Shown here: positions 9,704 to 19,760 of the stretch, piece after piece | Numbering within the stretch: position 1 is the stretch's first letter | Layout: every line of letters begins with the position of its first letter | Assembly (NCBI GenBank): GCA_029288895.1 | Contig: JARIGK010000004.1 | Coordinates: 13,621 to 77,620 of the forward strand | DNA length: 64,000 nucleotides | Direction of reading: 5' to 3' | Origin: Candidatus Adlerbacteria bacterium | Lineage (GTDB): Bacteria; Patescibacteriota; Minisyncoccia; Phycocordibacterales; SBAW01 | Program-made: the position numbers and the translations under genes | Notes under the pieces: generated by a model | The model's database searches: none | What the model was told of the DNA's origin: nothing | Seen by the model: only the letters and a program-made list of their open reading frames with translations

Positions 9704-10803
9704 TAGCGGTTCATTGGCATCGCGAGGTAGAAGAACGAGTCATCACCTGCATCTTTTATAAGAATGGCTTTGCCTGCGCCATTAAATTGCAATTTGATGC
9801 TATCGCCGCTTGTGGACTGGAGTGAGTCGGCCAAGTAGCGACCGTTAAACGACATCGACACGGCCTCGCCGGTGATAGTCGCGCGGAGTGTGGATACTTG
9901 CTCGCCGACGTCTGGGTTGCGTGAGGTAAGCGTAATGGTTTTTTCTTTGGGGTCCACGGCAAGCGTCACGTGCGATGATTTGTCGGCAAAGATAGAAAGG
10001 GACTTCAGCGCTGCCCCAAAATCCTCCCGCAACACCAACGCTTCTGTAAGGAAGGTCTTAGGGACAATTTGTTTATAGTTTGGAAACGCTGCATCGATGA
10101 TGCGGCTCGTGTAATAGATGTCGCCTACATGGGTTGAAAGCTGGTTCTCGTTAAAGTAGATCTCTGCTTCGCCACCCCCCGCATCCAAAATGCGCATCAA
10201 TTCTGCGGCGTTGCGCGCAGGCACCAAAAGCGATGCGGTACCTGTAGCGCTCCCACGAAGCGGTACGGTCTTTTCTGCCAAACGGAATGAGTCGGTAGCA
10301 ACAGCGGTGAGTTTACCCGCGTCGCCCACCAACAACACACTCTGCTGTTCTGGCTTTACAGCCGATAGAGATGCGCAATACGCAACACTGCGGATAGCGC
10401 GTGAGAGGTCTCCTGCCTTAGCGGTAAACGAGCGTTCTGCCGAGACGCGCGGCAATACTGGGAAGTCGTCGTGCGGCAAGGTTTTGATCGACGCAGACGC
10501 ACGCTCAGTCTCCAACTTGAGCACCTCGCCCGACACAGTGCCCGACACTACCTTACCGCGCGCATTACCCAAGAAACCGCTCAAAATGGCTGCAGGCACC
10601 GCCACAACACCCGCAGTAGCGACTTTAGCTGGGATTGTAATCTCTACGCCACACTCTAAATTGGTTGCGCGAAGGGTAAGTCGACTCCCTTCTGCTGAAA
10701 TGAGGATGCCTGCGAGCGCCGGCAAGTTTGCACGGCGTTCCACAAAACGTGCCGCGGTAGTCACAGCGTTGCGCAGTTCGTCAGTATTCGTATCAAATTT
10801 CAT
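9703..10803 (-). CDS. dnaN: DNA polymerase III beta clamp
   Basis: ATNLE, ATDSFRLA, FPNYKQIVP, FNGRYL and MPM C-terminus; lies downstream of dnaA. Confidence 0.96.
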   Translation of the reverse strand: MKFDTNTDELRNAVTTAARFVERRANLPALAGILISAEGSRLTLRATNLECGVEITIPAKVATAGVVAVPAAILSGFLGNARGKVVSGTVSGEVLKLETERASASIKTLPHDDFPVLPRVSAERSFTAKAGDLSRAIRSVAYCASLSAVKPEQQSVLLVGDAGKLTAVATDSFRLAEKTVPLRGSATGTASLLVPARNAAELMRILDAGGGEAEIYFNENQLSTHVGDIYYTSRIIDAAFPNYKQIVPKTFLTEALVLREDFGAALKSLSIFADKSSHVTLAVDPKEKTITLTSRNPDVGEQVSTLRATITGEAVSMSFNGRYLADSLQSTSGDSIKLQFNGAGKAILIKDAGDDSFFYLAMPMNR

Positions 10804-11003
10804 ATTTCTTTATATAAAAAGAATAGTACTACTATAGGGGTGGATAGGTCGAATAACTCCACTATTCCCTTTTGTAGCAACGGTATTTTGGCGCACAGAC
10901 GACGGGAGTATCTGTTGAAAGCTATCAACAACTCCTGTGGATAGAATTTTGGTGTACTGGTTCTTCATACGTTCTTCAGTGGCAATCCTATCCGTTATCC
11001 CCA
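10804..11003. promoter_or_regulatory. Probable oriC (dnaA-dnaN intergenic region)
   Basis: DnaA-box-like 9-mers at 10839-10847, 10922-10930, 10936-10944 and 10995-11003, plus an AT-rich tract at 10804-10836. Confidence 0.7.
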
Positions 11004-12344
11004 TCATTTCAACATAAGGCGGATCTGATTGAGCTCGCCTGAAAGTACACTGTCGTTGCGCAAATCATTCTTTATTTTCTCACACGAGTGGATCACTGTG
11101 GTGTGGTCGCGGCCGCCGAGTTTCTCGCCGATGGTGGGAAATGATATTTTAAAATCCTCGCGCAAAAGGAACATAATCACCTGGCGCGGGCGCACAACCT
11201 CTTTGCGACGCGTCTTTTCATAAATACTACTCTCTTCGACGCCGTAGAAGCCAGAAATTGTGCGCACCACTTCCTGCACTGACACGGCTTTTTTGGTAGC
11301 GCTTGAGGCACCACGAAGGAGCATCTTTGCATCATTAAGGGTGAGCGGCTCGCTGCGGAGTTCGAACTGGATAAGCAGCAAGTTAAGCGCGCCTTCCAAC
11401 TCGCGAACGTTGCCTTCAACAGCTGTCGCTAGATATTCGAGCACTTCGTCAGGCAAAATAACGTTATGTGCAGCCGCTTTTGTGCGAACAATGGCTAAAC
11501 GCGACTCGTGGTCGGGCGGCGTGACAGAAATGATCATGCCGGCGTTAAAGCGCGAGCGGAGGCGGTCTTCCAAGTTTTGGATGACATTCGGGTGTTGGTC
11601 GGACGAGAAGACAAGCTGCTTGTTGCCGTCGTGGAGATAGTTAAAGAGATGAAAGAATTCTTCTTTGGTCTTCTCCATCTTTGCCAAGAACTGGACATCG
11701 TCCATGATGAGCAAGTCATACTGGCGATACTTTTCTTTAAATGACTGCACTTTGCCCGCCTGCAGCGACGCAACGTAGTCCATCGAGAATTTTTCCGACG
11801 TAACGTACTGCACTTTACGCTCGGGCGCACTCATGCGGAAGTGGTTCCCTATCGCCTGGATAAGGTGTGTTTTGCCCAAACCTGTCGGGCCATAAATAAG
11901 GAGAGGGTTATAGGCGATGCCCGGTTTGCGGATCACCGCCTGCGCTGCTGCATGTGCAAGTTCGTTAAATGGGCCCACCACGAAAGAACTGAGGGTGAAG
12001 CGGGGGTTAAGGTTTGTCTTCGCGTGCACATTTTCAAGCGGGAGCTCGGAGGGCGGCGCCGGGACGGTGCGAGGCTCGTCGGTATGCTTCTTGGGGCCGC
12101 GGGAAATGATGTACTCCACGGTGCGGACGGTATCGGAGAGGCCGCGCAATGAGCGCAAAATATCCTTATGAAATTTGGTGGAAAGCCAGTCGCGGGCAAA
12201 TTGGCTCGGGACGCCAAGGAAGACAGTGCCGTCTTCTACCTTTACGACGTGGGTGTCTTTAAACCAGGTATTGAAATTAGGTTTGGAGATTGTAAGTTCG
12301 AGTTCGACCAGCGCGTTTTCCCATAGTTCTTTCGTGGTCGTCAT
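11004..12344 (-). CDS. dnaA: Chromosomal replication initiator DnaA
   Basis: YNPLLIYGPTGLGKTHL, DDVQFL, RLRSRF, NVRELEGAL and GGRDHTTV motifs. Confidence 0.98.
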   Translation of the reverse strand: MTTTKELWENALVELELTISKPNFNTWFKDTHVVKVEDGTVFLGVPSQFARDWLSTKFHKDILRSLRGLSDTVRTVEYIISRGPKKHTDEPRTVPAPPSELPLENVHAKTNLNPRFTLSSFVVGPFNELAHAAAQAVIRKPGIAYNPLLIYGPTGLGKTHLIQAIGNHFRMSAPERKVQYVTSEKFSMDYVASLQAGKVQSFKEKYRQYDLLIMDDVQFLAKMEKTKEEFFHLFNYLHDGNKQLVFSSDQHPNVIQNLEDRLRSRFNAGMIISVTPPDHESRLAIVRTKAAAHNVILPDEVLEYLATAVEGNVRELEGALNLLLIQFELRSEPLTLNDAKMLLRGASSATKKAVSVQEVVRTISGFYGVEESSIYEKTRRKEVVRPRQVIMFLLREDFKISFPTIGEKLGGRDHTTVIHSCEKIKNDLRNDSVLSGELNQIRLMLK

Positions 12345-12445
12345 ACAGAGGTTCGATTAAGAATACGCGTCTCGGGCGACAACGTCAAAATTAGGTGTTC
12401 TGTGCAAAAGTTGTGGAGAATATGGGGATGGTGTACAGTTGACAC

Positions 12446-12580
12446 ATGTCACAAACGTACCAGCCTAAAAAGCGCAAGCGTGCACGAAGCCACGGCTTTT
12501 TGAAGCGCAATGCGACCCCAGCAGGCAAAAAGACGATGGCACGCCGCCGCCGCAAGCAGCGCACACGCATCGCTCTCTAA
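12446..12580 (+). CDS. rpmH: 50S ribosomal protein L34
   Basis: Manual translation [44 protein letters not shown]; divergent from dnaA. Confidence 0.95.
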   Translation: MSQTYQPKKRKRARSHGFLKRNATPAGKKTMARRRRKQRTRIAL

Positions 12581-12593
12581 ATCCCCTACCCCT

Positions 12594-12905
12594 ATGCTGC
12601 CTAAACCGCGGCGGCTTACCGCAGAAGAAGTACAGAACGTCCTCACAGCAGGGCGTTCTGCGCGTTCTACCCTCCTTTCGGCAAAATACGTTGCAAATAC
12701 AGGGCCATTGCGTGTCTCGGCCGTGGTGTCAAAGAAGGTGGCGAAGCGCGCTGTAGAGCGGAATCGCCTGCGCCGGGCGCTCTATCGTGCCTTGGCAGAT
12801 GTGGATATGAAGGGTACTGCCGTCGTGTTTGTCCAGAAAGTACCCGAAGGTGCACTCACCCCTGCATTTCGCGAAGATTTGCTAGTATTAGCAGGTAAAC
12901 TCTAA
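12594..12905 (+). CDS. rnpA: Ribonuclease P protein component
   Basis: MLPKPRRL, VVSKKVAKRAVERNRLRR (RNR motif); synteny with rpmH. Confidence 0.92.
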   Translation: MLPKPRRLTAEEVQNVLTAGRSARSTLLSAKYVANTGPLRVSAVVSKKVAKRAVERNRLRRALYRALADVDMKGTAVVFVQKVPEGALTPAFREDLLVLAGKL

Positions 12906-12908
12906 TCT

Positions 12909-13631
12909 ATGTTCCATACAATTCTCATCAACCCGATCTATAACGCGTTCATCTTTCTTATTGGTGTGGTGCCGGGCGGCGACGTTGGTTTGGCCATCAT
13001 CGCGATGACCGTGGTAATTCGCCTTGTGTTCTACCCCCTCTTTGCATCGAGCATCCGCACGCAAATGGGTATGCAGGCAGCGCAAAGCGAGCTCGATGAG
13101 ATCAATACGAAGTACAAAGACAATGCCGAAGAGCGCGGCCGCCACACCATGGAGTTGTTCAAGAAATATAATGTGCGCCCCTTTAGCGCATTTTTGGCAT
13201 TGCTCGTACAGATCCCGGTGTTTATTGCGCTCTACTACGCCTTTTTCCGCGAAGGGCTGCCGCAGATCGCGACCAGTATCCTCTACCCCTTCGTCCACGC
13301 TCCTGCCGTGGTAAATACACAGTTCTTGGGCTTTTTAGACTTACTGCAACATCACAATATTGTCCTGGCCGTGATTGTGGCGGGGCTCCAGTACCTGGTT
13401 GTGCGCTTTTCGCTTTTCCGTACACAGAAAAAAGCGCCCGCTAAAAAAGATGATGCGGCACGCGCCCAGGCTTTGCAGCAACAATTGATGATGTACTTCC
13501 TCCCGGGGCTTATGGGGGTGGTGTCATACACCGTCCCTGCGGCTGTGGGTATCTATTTTGCAGCGGGCAGCGTTATTTCGCTCTTGCAGGAGTGGTTGAT
13601 CCAGCGCCAAATGGCGGCAAAAACCCTCTAG
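12909..13631 (+). CDS. yidC: Membrane protein insertase YidC/Oxa1 (short form)
   Basis: GLAIIAMTVVIRL..P, LVQIPVFIALY and LLQE motifs; synteny. Confidence 0.93.
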   Translation: MFHTILINPIYNAFIFLIGVVPGGDVGLAIIAMTVVIRLVFYPLFASSIRTQMGMQAAQSELDEINTKYKDNAEERGRHTMELFKKYNVRPFSAFLALLVQIPVFIALYYAFFREGLPQIATSILYPFVHAPAVVNTQFLGFLDLLQHHNIVLAVIVAGLQYLVVRFSLFRTQKKAPAKKDDAARAQALQQQLMMYFLPGLMGVVSYTVPAAVGIYFAAGSVISLLQEWLIQRQMAAKTL

Positions 13632-13691
13632 ATCCCGGCCGTGATGGCCGGACAGGTTGGCAGGGTGTCGGGATTGGAGTATTGTGGCTCT

Positions 13692-14147
13692 ATGAGCCAG
13701 GACGCACTTACACAGTTTGTACAAACGCTTTTTTCGTCCATGGGCATACAGCCCTCCTCCCTTGTCGTCTCGAGTGGCCACCGCACGGTGGTCGCGGTAG
13801 CGCTCGATGATGCGTCTGCTTTTTTGAATAACAATGGCGAAGCGCTTCGGGCATTAAACGCGCTTGCCCGCCGCATTGTTGAGAAAGCTCATGGCGAAGA
13901 GGCAGCAAACTTCCTTATCGATATAAACGGCCATCACGAACAGCAGATGGAAGCAGTGCGCGCGAATGCGCGCATGTTGGCGCAGCGCGCCCGCCTCTTT
14001 AAACACGAAGTCGAAATGGAGCCAATGAGCTCGTACGAGCGCTTGGTCGTCCATGAACTGTTTGCAGAAGACCCAGAGATAGAAACGCGATCAGAAGGCG
14101 AAGGAAAATTCCGCCACATTGTGTTGGCCTTTCGCGGCGCAAAGTAA
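13692..14147 (+). CDS. KH/R3H RNA-binding protein (Jag/KhpB-like, lacking the N-terminal Jag domain)
   Basis: GEALRAL, PMSSYERLVVH (R3H) and SEGEG..RH motifs; follows yidC. Confidence 0.88.
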   Translation: MSQDALTQFVQTLFSSMGIQPSSLVVSSGHRTVVAVALDDASAFLNNNGEALRALNALARRIVEKAHGEEAANFLIDINGHHEQQMEAVRANARMLAQRARLFKHEVEMEPMSSYERLVVHELFAEDPEIETRSEGEGKFRHIVLAFRGAK

Positions 14148-14161
14148 CTTTGTTGCCGGGC

Positions 14162-15367
14162 CTACAAACGCACGCCCCACAGTGATTGGTCGCCGCGGGT
14201 AATAAACCAGAGATACTTGCCATCTTGTGACACGCCGAGTTGTTCTATTGGTGCATTTGCGCCACCTTCCCCAGGAAGGGTTAAAACAATACCATCACCA
14301 ATATTAGTTTTAAATAAAACTATACTGTCAGCGGTCTGTACAAGACCTTTATGCCATAAATCAACATAGCCTCCTGTTACATAATCAATTGGGAGGGCGC
14401 AGTAGAGGTCGGTACGAATAGTCGGGCTCCATACGCACTTCTCGGGCAGTGGGTCGTTTGCAAGCGGTGCGTCCTTCCCTGTGGCAATATCGTGCGAATA
14501 GGTTGTTGCAGTGTTGTCGGTATCTTGGGCAGTCTGATACACCACTTTAGAAAATACGCTGTTAGCTAATGCGACGAGCCCGTTTGCAAAGAGCAATGGC
14601 GTTTGTGTGCCTAATTTTGCATCTATCACGAAGGCGGCGCCTGGTACCCCAGCAGCAGACTTACTTTGCAACATAAGTGTTGATGTTGCTGGCCATGAAA
14701 TAAGCACTTGCGAAAGCGGTGATGAAAAGAGTTTCCTTGGATTTGTGCCATCGATATTTGCAGTGTAGCCGTCGCTGCCCGCATTGGTTGTGAGCATATA
14801 CACCACACTTCGTGCGTCGGGCGAGAGTGCGAGTGAGGAAATGTTATTTGGCAAAAACTGTACTCGCAATGGTGCGCCTGTGCTGCTGGTTGTGGCCAAC
14901 GCTAGGTACACGCTCTTGAGCGTGCCGCTGTCCATATACTGCAAGATAGTTGTTGTGCCTGCGTTGCCCCACAGCGCATCCACAACACTTGGGATGGTTG
15001 TATTTGAGACAGGTTTTGACGCAGCACCCGGTACATCAATTGCTTGGTCTAGAATGTGGCCATTGTCTGCCATCACATAGCGCGCAAGCGTTGTTGTTGG
15101 CGAGAATGTTTCTACAAACGTTGCACCCGCAACCGGGCCGTTTGCGATTTTAAATACCTTTCCTTGAGACGAGTTTGGGATTACTCCATTGCCGCCCGTG
15201 TCGTTCCCTGCTGGTGTAACTGATACATTTCCCCCTACCCCAAAGAAGTTTGTAACGGACGGCCCACTCTGCTGGCTTGTAGAGCGGAAAAAGAAGAATG
15301 TAAGTATTCCTGCGATAAAGAGGAACACAACACCCACGCATATGTAGTAGAAAATATTTTTATTCAT
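14162..15367 (-). CDS. Membrane-anchored exported protein, probable beta-propeller
   Basis: N-terminal TM, then beta-rich repeats (LALSPDA, VSQDGKYLWF); start set at MNKNIF. Confidence 0.6.
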   Translation of the reverse strand: MNKNIFYYICVGVVFLFIAGILTFFFFRSTSQQSGPSVTNFFGVGGNVSVTPAGNDTGGNGVIPNSSQGKVFKIANGPVAGATFVETFSPTTTLARYVMADNGHILDQAIDVPGAASKPVSNTTIPSVVDALWGNAGTTTILQYMDSGTLKSVYLALATTSSTGAPLRVQFLPNNISSLALSPDARSVVYMLTTNAGSDGYTANIDGTNPRKLFSSPLSQVLISWPATSTLMLQSKSAAGVPGAAFVIDAKLGTQTPLLFANGLVALANSVFSKVVYQTAQDTDNTATTYSHDIATGKDAPLANDPLPEKCVWSPTIRTDLYCALPIDYVTGGYVDLWHKGLVQTADSIVLFKTNIGDGIVLTLPGEGGANAPIEQLGVSQDGKYLWFITRGDQSLWGVRL

Positions 15368-16296
15368 TTGTCTGTGATGCAGCCTTGATTTGGCCCAATC
15401 ATATCGCAATTATACGTGCCAGGATCTTTCCCTTTATCTTGTTTTACGTACTCACTTGCGCATGCGTTCCCACCGTATTTAGTTCTTGATATTATGGTTA
15501 TAAGTGTGCCCCCCTTTGCTTCGCAAGCCGTTTGATTTTTTTGAATCTGTGCGCTTAGATCAATTTGTGCAGGCGGTGGTGAAACGCCAGCAGTAGTTGC
15601 GGATATGACACTGCACGCACCAACCAACTGTGGGTTGAGGGTATTTAAAATAATCCATGATGCGAGCAAAATAATAAGCCCCCATACGGCTGCTTTAATG
15701 CGATCACGTGCGGCAGAGCGCTTATCGACCACCTCTGACACCATATAGGTGACACCTGCGAGGACAAGAAAGAGCACGGCCAACATGGCACCCAAATAGA
15801 TGAAGAATTTGAAAATAAGGTCAATGATTTGGCAGAAATTTGAGCCGCCGGACGTTTGCCCAGGGAACGGTTCAAGCGGTGTGTATGTAAGGCTGTTGGA
15901 TACAATAACGCCCTGGCCCCCTTTTGCGTTAACAATGTGTTGTCCGCTCGCACAACCACTGAGAGGCACTGGTCCTACATATTCCGAGGGGGCTGCTGCA
16001 GAATCGTCTGTCCAACATCCCGCCTGTGTGTTGGGGTTACTTGAAGGAGTAATGTAATTTGTAGATGTGTTCTCAGGAGCGCACTCAGGCTCGCCTGCTT
16101 CTCGAATACACATGACGCCCTGCATATCAGAAGGGCAGCCCGTACCTTTTGAATCTTGAGCTTTGGGCCCAGGTGTCATCACGCCCTGTGCTACTGCAAG
16201 TGTTTTGCTGTAACAGTAGAACGCAGCGTGCGTATGGTGCGGTATCCCAAATACCACAAACATACCTGCCATAATTAGTAATTTTCTATACGTCAT
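15364..16296 (-). CDS. T4SS/TrbC-VirB2-like pilin with Cys-rich extra domains
   Basis: Signal peptide; two-TM pilin core LAVLFLVLAGVTYM...ARDRIKAAVWGLIILLASWIILNTLNPQL. Confidence 0.75.
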   Translation of the reverse strand: MTYRKLLIMAGMFVVFGIPHHTHAAFYCYSKTLAVAQGVMTPGPKAQDSKGTGCPSDMQGVMCIREAGEPECAPENTSTNYITPSSNPNTQAGCWTDDSAAAPSEYVGPVPLSGCASGQHIVNAKGGQGVIVSNSLTYTPLEPFPGQTSGGSNFCQIIDLIFKFFIYLGAMLAVLFLVLAGVTYMVSEVVDKRSAARDRIKAAVWGLIILLASWIILNTLNPQLVGACSVISATTAGVSPPPAQIDLSAQIQKNQTACEAKGGTLITIISRTKYGGNACASEYVKQDKGKDPGTYNCDMIGPNQGCITDK

Positions 16297-17315
16297 AGGC
16301 CAAAGAAGTTAGAGAGTGCTGAGCCGGTTTGTTTGCCAAATGTAAGTTGTAAGCCTGCACTTGCGGCTTGGGCGAACGTGCTGCTCTGTGTGTTTTGCAC
16401 ATCCAAGGAGAGACTAGCAACTCCACTACCCTCACCCGTTTGACGCAATGTGAGGAGGCCTTGTGCGCTATTGGGCCCTGTAACGTCTTGATTATTTAAT
16501 ACCCAGGCATACGTGATGCGACCATTTCGTACACTTGTATTTGCAAAATAGTACGGCTCCGCTTTAAGGGTCACTTCTGTTTGTGTGAGTGACGCGTTGC
16601 CAGAAAGGCCCTGCCCTAACAATTCGCCGCGCAACGGGTCTTGCGGGTAAAAGATAATTTGAGGATCTGAAGTAGGAATGGTTATGCTCCCGCGCCCCAC
16701 CGACACGCTGCCAGAATACACGGTGACCGAAATATCCTCCTCTGTTTGAAGTTGGTCGCCGTTAAATGAGTAGACATTTTTCCCAAGCCCAGAAACGTCG
16801 GGTTGCAAATCGTCATTGCGGTACCACTGGAACGAGAGTTTGCTTGATGGGATGAGCGCGCCTCCTATAAGCACGGTTGGGTATGCAATTACTTTGAGCG
16901 GCGAACCGGCGCTGTAGAGCCCTTTACCTTTATAGAGTGGGGGTGTGTAGGTGTCTGCTTCCCACATCATATTTACGACTGATGGGTTAAAGACAAAGTC
17001 GTGTTGGATAATGCCTTGTGTAGGCGAATTGATACGCAAATGGATGCGGGTGCCCACACCAACCCCGCCCGTGGTAAACGAAAATGTCATCTGGTTGTGG
17101 GCCGAGTCGACCGTCGTGCCATTTTGCTGCCAGGTAATGTCCGAATTGCCCAAAAATTGCCCAACACCCTGCACCTGGATACTTACCGTTTGGTTTGGCC
17201 CTGGGTTTTCTGGGATTACCGTGTACTGCACTGGGTCTGGGGCAATAGATTGTGCGTGTGCAATTGATGCACACACCATAAGAGTAATTATCGCGTAAAT
17301 ATACTTATGCCGCAT
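16293..17315 (-). CDS. Secreted protein with Ig-like domains
   Basis: Signal peptide ending AHA; beta-rich with W-x-x-N-G type motifs; start set at MRHKYI. Confidence 0.6.
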   Translation of the reverse strand: MRHKYIYAIITLMVCASIAHAQSIAPDPVQYTVIPENPGPNQTVSIQVQGVGQFLGNSDITWQQNGTTVDSAHNQMTFSFTTGGVGVGTRIHLRINSPTQGIIQHDFVFNPSVVNMMWEADTYTPPLYKGKGLYSAGSPLKVIAYPTVLIGGALIPSSKLSFQWYRNDDLQPDVSGLGKNVYSFNGDQLQTEEDISVTVYSGSVSVGRGSITIPTSDPQIIFYPQDPLRGELLGQGLSGNASLTQTEVTLKAEPYYFANTSVRNGRITYAWVLNNQDVTGPNSAQGLLTLRQTGEGSGVASLSLDVQNTQSSTFAQAASAGLQLTFGKQTGSALSNFFGL

Positions 17316-17880
17316 ATGATGCTGCTTGGGGTGGGCGAACTCCATCGATAGTTTTGAGCTCAGGAACAGTTCGGCCTCGCGGTTTTTGTTCCTCGGGCGC
17401 AGTGGCTAGTTGAACTGGTTGCTCCGGGCGTGAAGGTGCTTGAGAGACAACAGATGCGGCAGCCGATATAGCCCCAATGCCAGTAACACCCCCTGCCAGC
17501 TTAAGTGCAACTGTTCCAATACTGCCCAGGTTCCCCTTTTCACTTTCTTTGCGGATAATGCAAAGAATGGTCATGACTGTCCACGCAGGCAAAACATCAA
17601 TACCAGGCATCATTTCTGTAATAGCCCCACCTGTTATGTAATTGAAATAAAACATACCGTTGTAGGCCAAAAGCGATATGAGGCCGATGCCAAATGTAAG
17701 GCTTGAGGTTATATCAATTACAAAACTAAGACTTGACGCTGCAGGTAATGCGATAGGGCCTGCGGCTCCTAGTGTGCTAGCAGTTGCCCCAGCTGCTACA
17801 CCAAAGATACTTGCAGAAGCAAATGCCTGAAGGCCATCGGTAAACATGGCAATCATGAGGAGTATGCCGTAACGAAGCAT
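17305..17880 (-). CDS. Hypothetical membrane protein of the T4SS-like operon
   Basis: Hydrophobic 191 aa ORF with E..PG.DVLPAWT motif; TACAAT 6 nt upstream of ATG. Confidence 0.6.
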   Translation of the reverse strand: MLRYGILLMIAMFTDGLQAFASASIFGVAAGATASTLGAAGPIALPAASSLSFVIDITSSLTFGIGLISLLAYNGMFYFNYITGGAITEMMPGIDVLPAWTVMTILCIIRKESEKGNLGSIGTVALKLAGGVTGIGAISAAASVVSQAPSRPEQPVQLATAPEEQKPRGRTVPELKTIDGVRPPQAASYAA

Positions 17881-17902
17881 ACCCGTATTGTACCCTCACT
17901 TT

Positions 17903-19753
17903 TTATTGCGCAGGAGTTGTTGCCGGGGCTTCTGCACGCCCTTCGGCCGCTTCTGCTTGCTGGCGGCGGATAGCCAAGACCTGTGATGGGTCCGAGGTGA
18001 TAATTTGGTCTTCCGTGTATGAGGCAATCACCTTAATGGCCACGTGTTTGAGGCCGGCAAAGAAGATACCCTCCCCTACATCAGACTCCAAGAGCAGATA
18101 TTTCTCTTCGTCTGAAAGGTTAAAGGTCTTTTGCAGGTTGTCGATGGTTGTTGGCGACTGTTTGAGCAATAGTTGGATAGAGGAGTTCGTAATCATCGGC
18201 AGCCCGTACGGCGACTTCAAAAAGTCGTCGACGTCTTGGGTAATGGTTGCAAGCCCAAGATAGTATTTGCGGCCGCGCTTTGCCATCGAGTAAAGGAAGG
18301 ATGCCGTGTCTTCCGACTTCATCATCCACCACGCTTCGTCGATAACGAGCAGGCGCTTCTTCAAATTTTTGCGTACTGCATTCCAGATGTAGTGCGTAAT
18401 GATGTACATCGCGACCGGCTTCAAATCGTCCTCCATGTCGCGCACAGAAAATACGACAAAGCGTTTGTTCAAGTCGACGTTGGTTGGCTGGTTGATAAAG
18501 CCTGCCCAGGTACCGTTTACATATTTCGAGAGGCGCTGCGAGAGCGACTCACTCCCCTCCATGCCGGCAAGTACTGTTGCAAAGTCGGACAACAGTGGCG
18601 GTTCGATCTCGGCAAAGTTCGACTCAATAGTGATGTCTTTGAGCGCATACGTTTCGGTAATCGCGCGGTCAATGATCGCATCTTCTTCAGGTGAGAGGCC
18701 GCCGAGCATGATGCGGAAGAGGCCAACAAGCGAAACGATGTTCGAGCGCAAGATGTCCGATGGGTTCTCATCTTCCCGCGGCATTGGCAAATCAAACGGG
18801 TTGATGTGGTGTTCGGATGAGAGTGAAATATTAAAGTAGCGCCCACCTACCGTCTGCGAGAGGAATTCGTATTCGCGTTCTGGGTCGATAACGATAACCT
18901 CTGTGTCGAACATGAGTGTGCGCAAGATTTCGAGCTTGGTTGCGTATGATTTGCCCGAACCTGATTTTGCAAAAATAACTGAGTTGTAGTTTTCGAGTGA
19001 GAAGCGATCAAAGAGCACAAGCGATGCGTTGTGGCGGTTTACTCCGTACAAGATACCCTTGTCGGATGTGAGGTCAAACGATACGAATGGGAAAATAGAT
19101 GAAAGCGGCGACGAATTGAGCTTTGAATTAACATTCAATTCGTCATTTGCCAGAGGTAGGGTGCTGCGGAAGCCTTGGACCTGCTGGAACAATGCTGGCT
19201 TTACATAAATGAGGCGGCTTTCAAGCATAGACTTGATCTCGCTCTCCGTTTTATCAAGCTCCTCAATGGTTTTTCCGTATACGGTGATATAGACGCCCAC
19301 GTCAAAGATGCGCTCTTCTGCTTGTTGAAGCTGGTCGCGCAAATCTTCCAAGTCGCGGTACGCGGTGTCCAAAATTGGGTCGCGCACCAAGCCTTTGTCT
19401 TCGCGCGACATAATTTGGCTCTGTACCTCGGCCACCTTCTTTTGGAACTTCTTCAAGATTTCGGCCGAATCGATTGGGTGCACAAAGATCGAGATGTCGA
19501 GCACGCGGTCGAGGTTGATGATTGGCGCAAACCACGAGTCGACAAGGGTGCGCGGGTACGACATCACAAAGAAGGTGCGTGCAATTTTGTCGCCCAAGTT
19601 CAATTCGCGCGGCGTAATTTTTAGAGCCGAGGGTGCAATAACATCTTGCAACTCCAAGACACCTTGCTTGTAAATCGCCTCGGGCATAATAGGTGCTACC
19701 GGGGCCGTTTGCGACGAGTCGTTTTTTGGTTTTAAGAAATTGAGGAGTGCCAT
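17903..19753 (-). CDS. VirB4/TraC-like secretion ATPase
   Basis: NSVIFAKSGSGKSY Walker A, IDPERE, LLVIDEAW Walker B, and RGRKY...TITQDV; start set at MALLNF. Confidence 0.9.
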   Translation of the reverse strand: MALLNFLKPKNDSSQTAPVAPIMPEAIYKQGVLELQDVIAPSALKITPRELNLGDKIARTFFVMSYPRTLVDSWFAPIINLDRVLDISIFVHPIDSAEILKKFQKKVAEVQSQIMSREDKGLVRDPILDTAYRDLEDLRDQLQQAEERIFDVGVYITVYGKTIEELDKTESEIKSMLESRLIYVKPALFQQVQGFRSTLPLANDELNVNSKLNSSPLSSIFPFVSFDLTSDKGILYGVNRHNASLVLFDRFSLENYNSVIFAKSGSGKSYATKLEILRTLMFDTEVIVIDPEREYEFLSQTVGGRYFNISLSSEHHINPFDLPMPREDENPSDILRSNIVSLVGLFRIMLGGLSPEEDAIIDRAITETYALKDITIESNFAEIEPPLLSDFATVLAGMEGSESLSQRLSKYVNGTWAGFINQPTNVDLNKRFVVFSVRDMEDDLKPVAMYIITHYIWNAVRKNLKKRLLVIDEAWWMMKSEDTASFLYSMAKRGRKYYLGLATITQDVDDFLKSPYGLPMITNSSIQLLLKQSPTTIDNLQKTFNLSDEEKYLLLESDVGEGIFFAGLKHVAIKVIASYTEDQIITSDPSQVLAIRRQQAEAAEGRAEAPATTPAQ

Positions 19754-19760
19754 AGATGTA

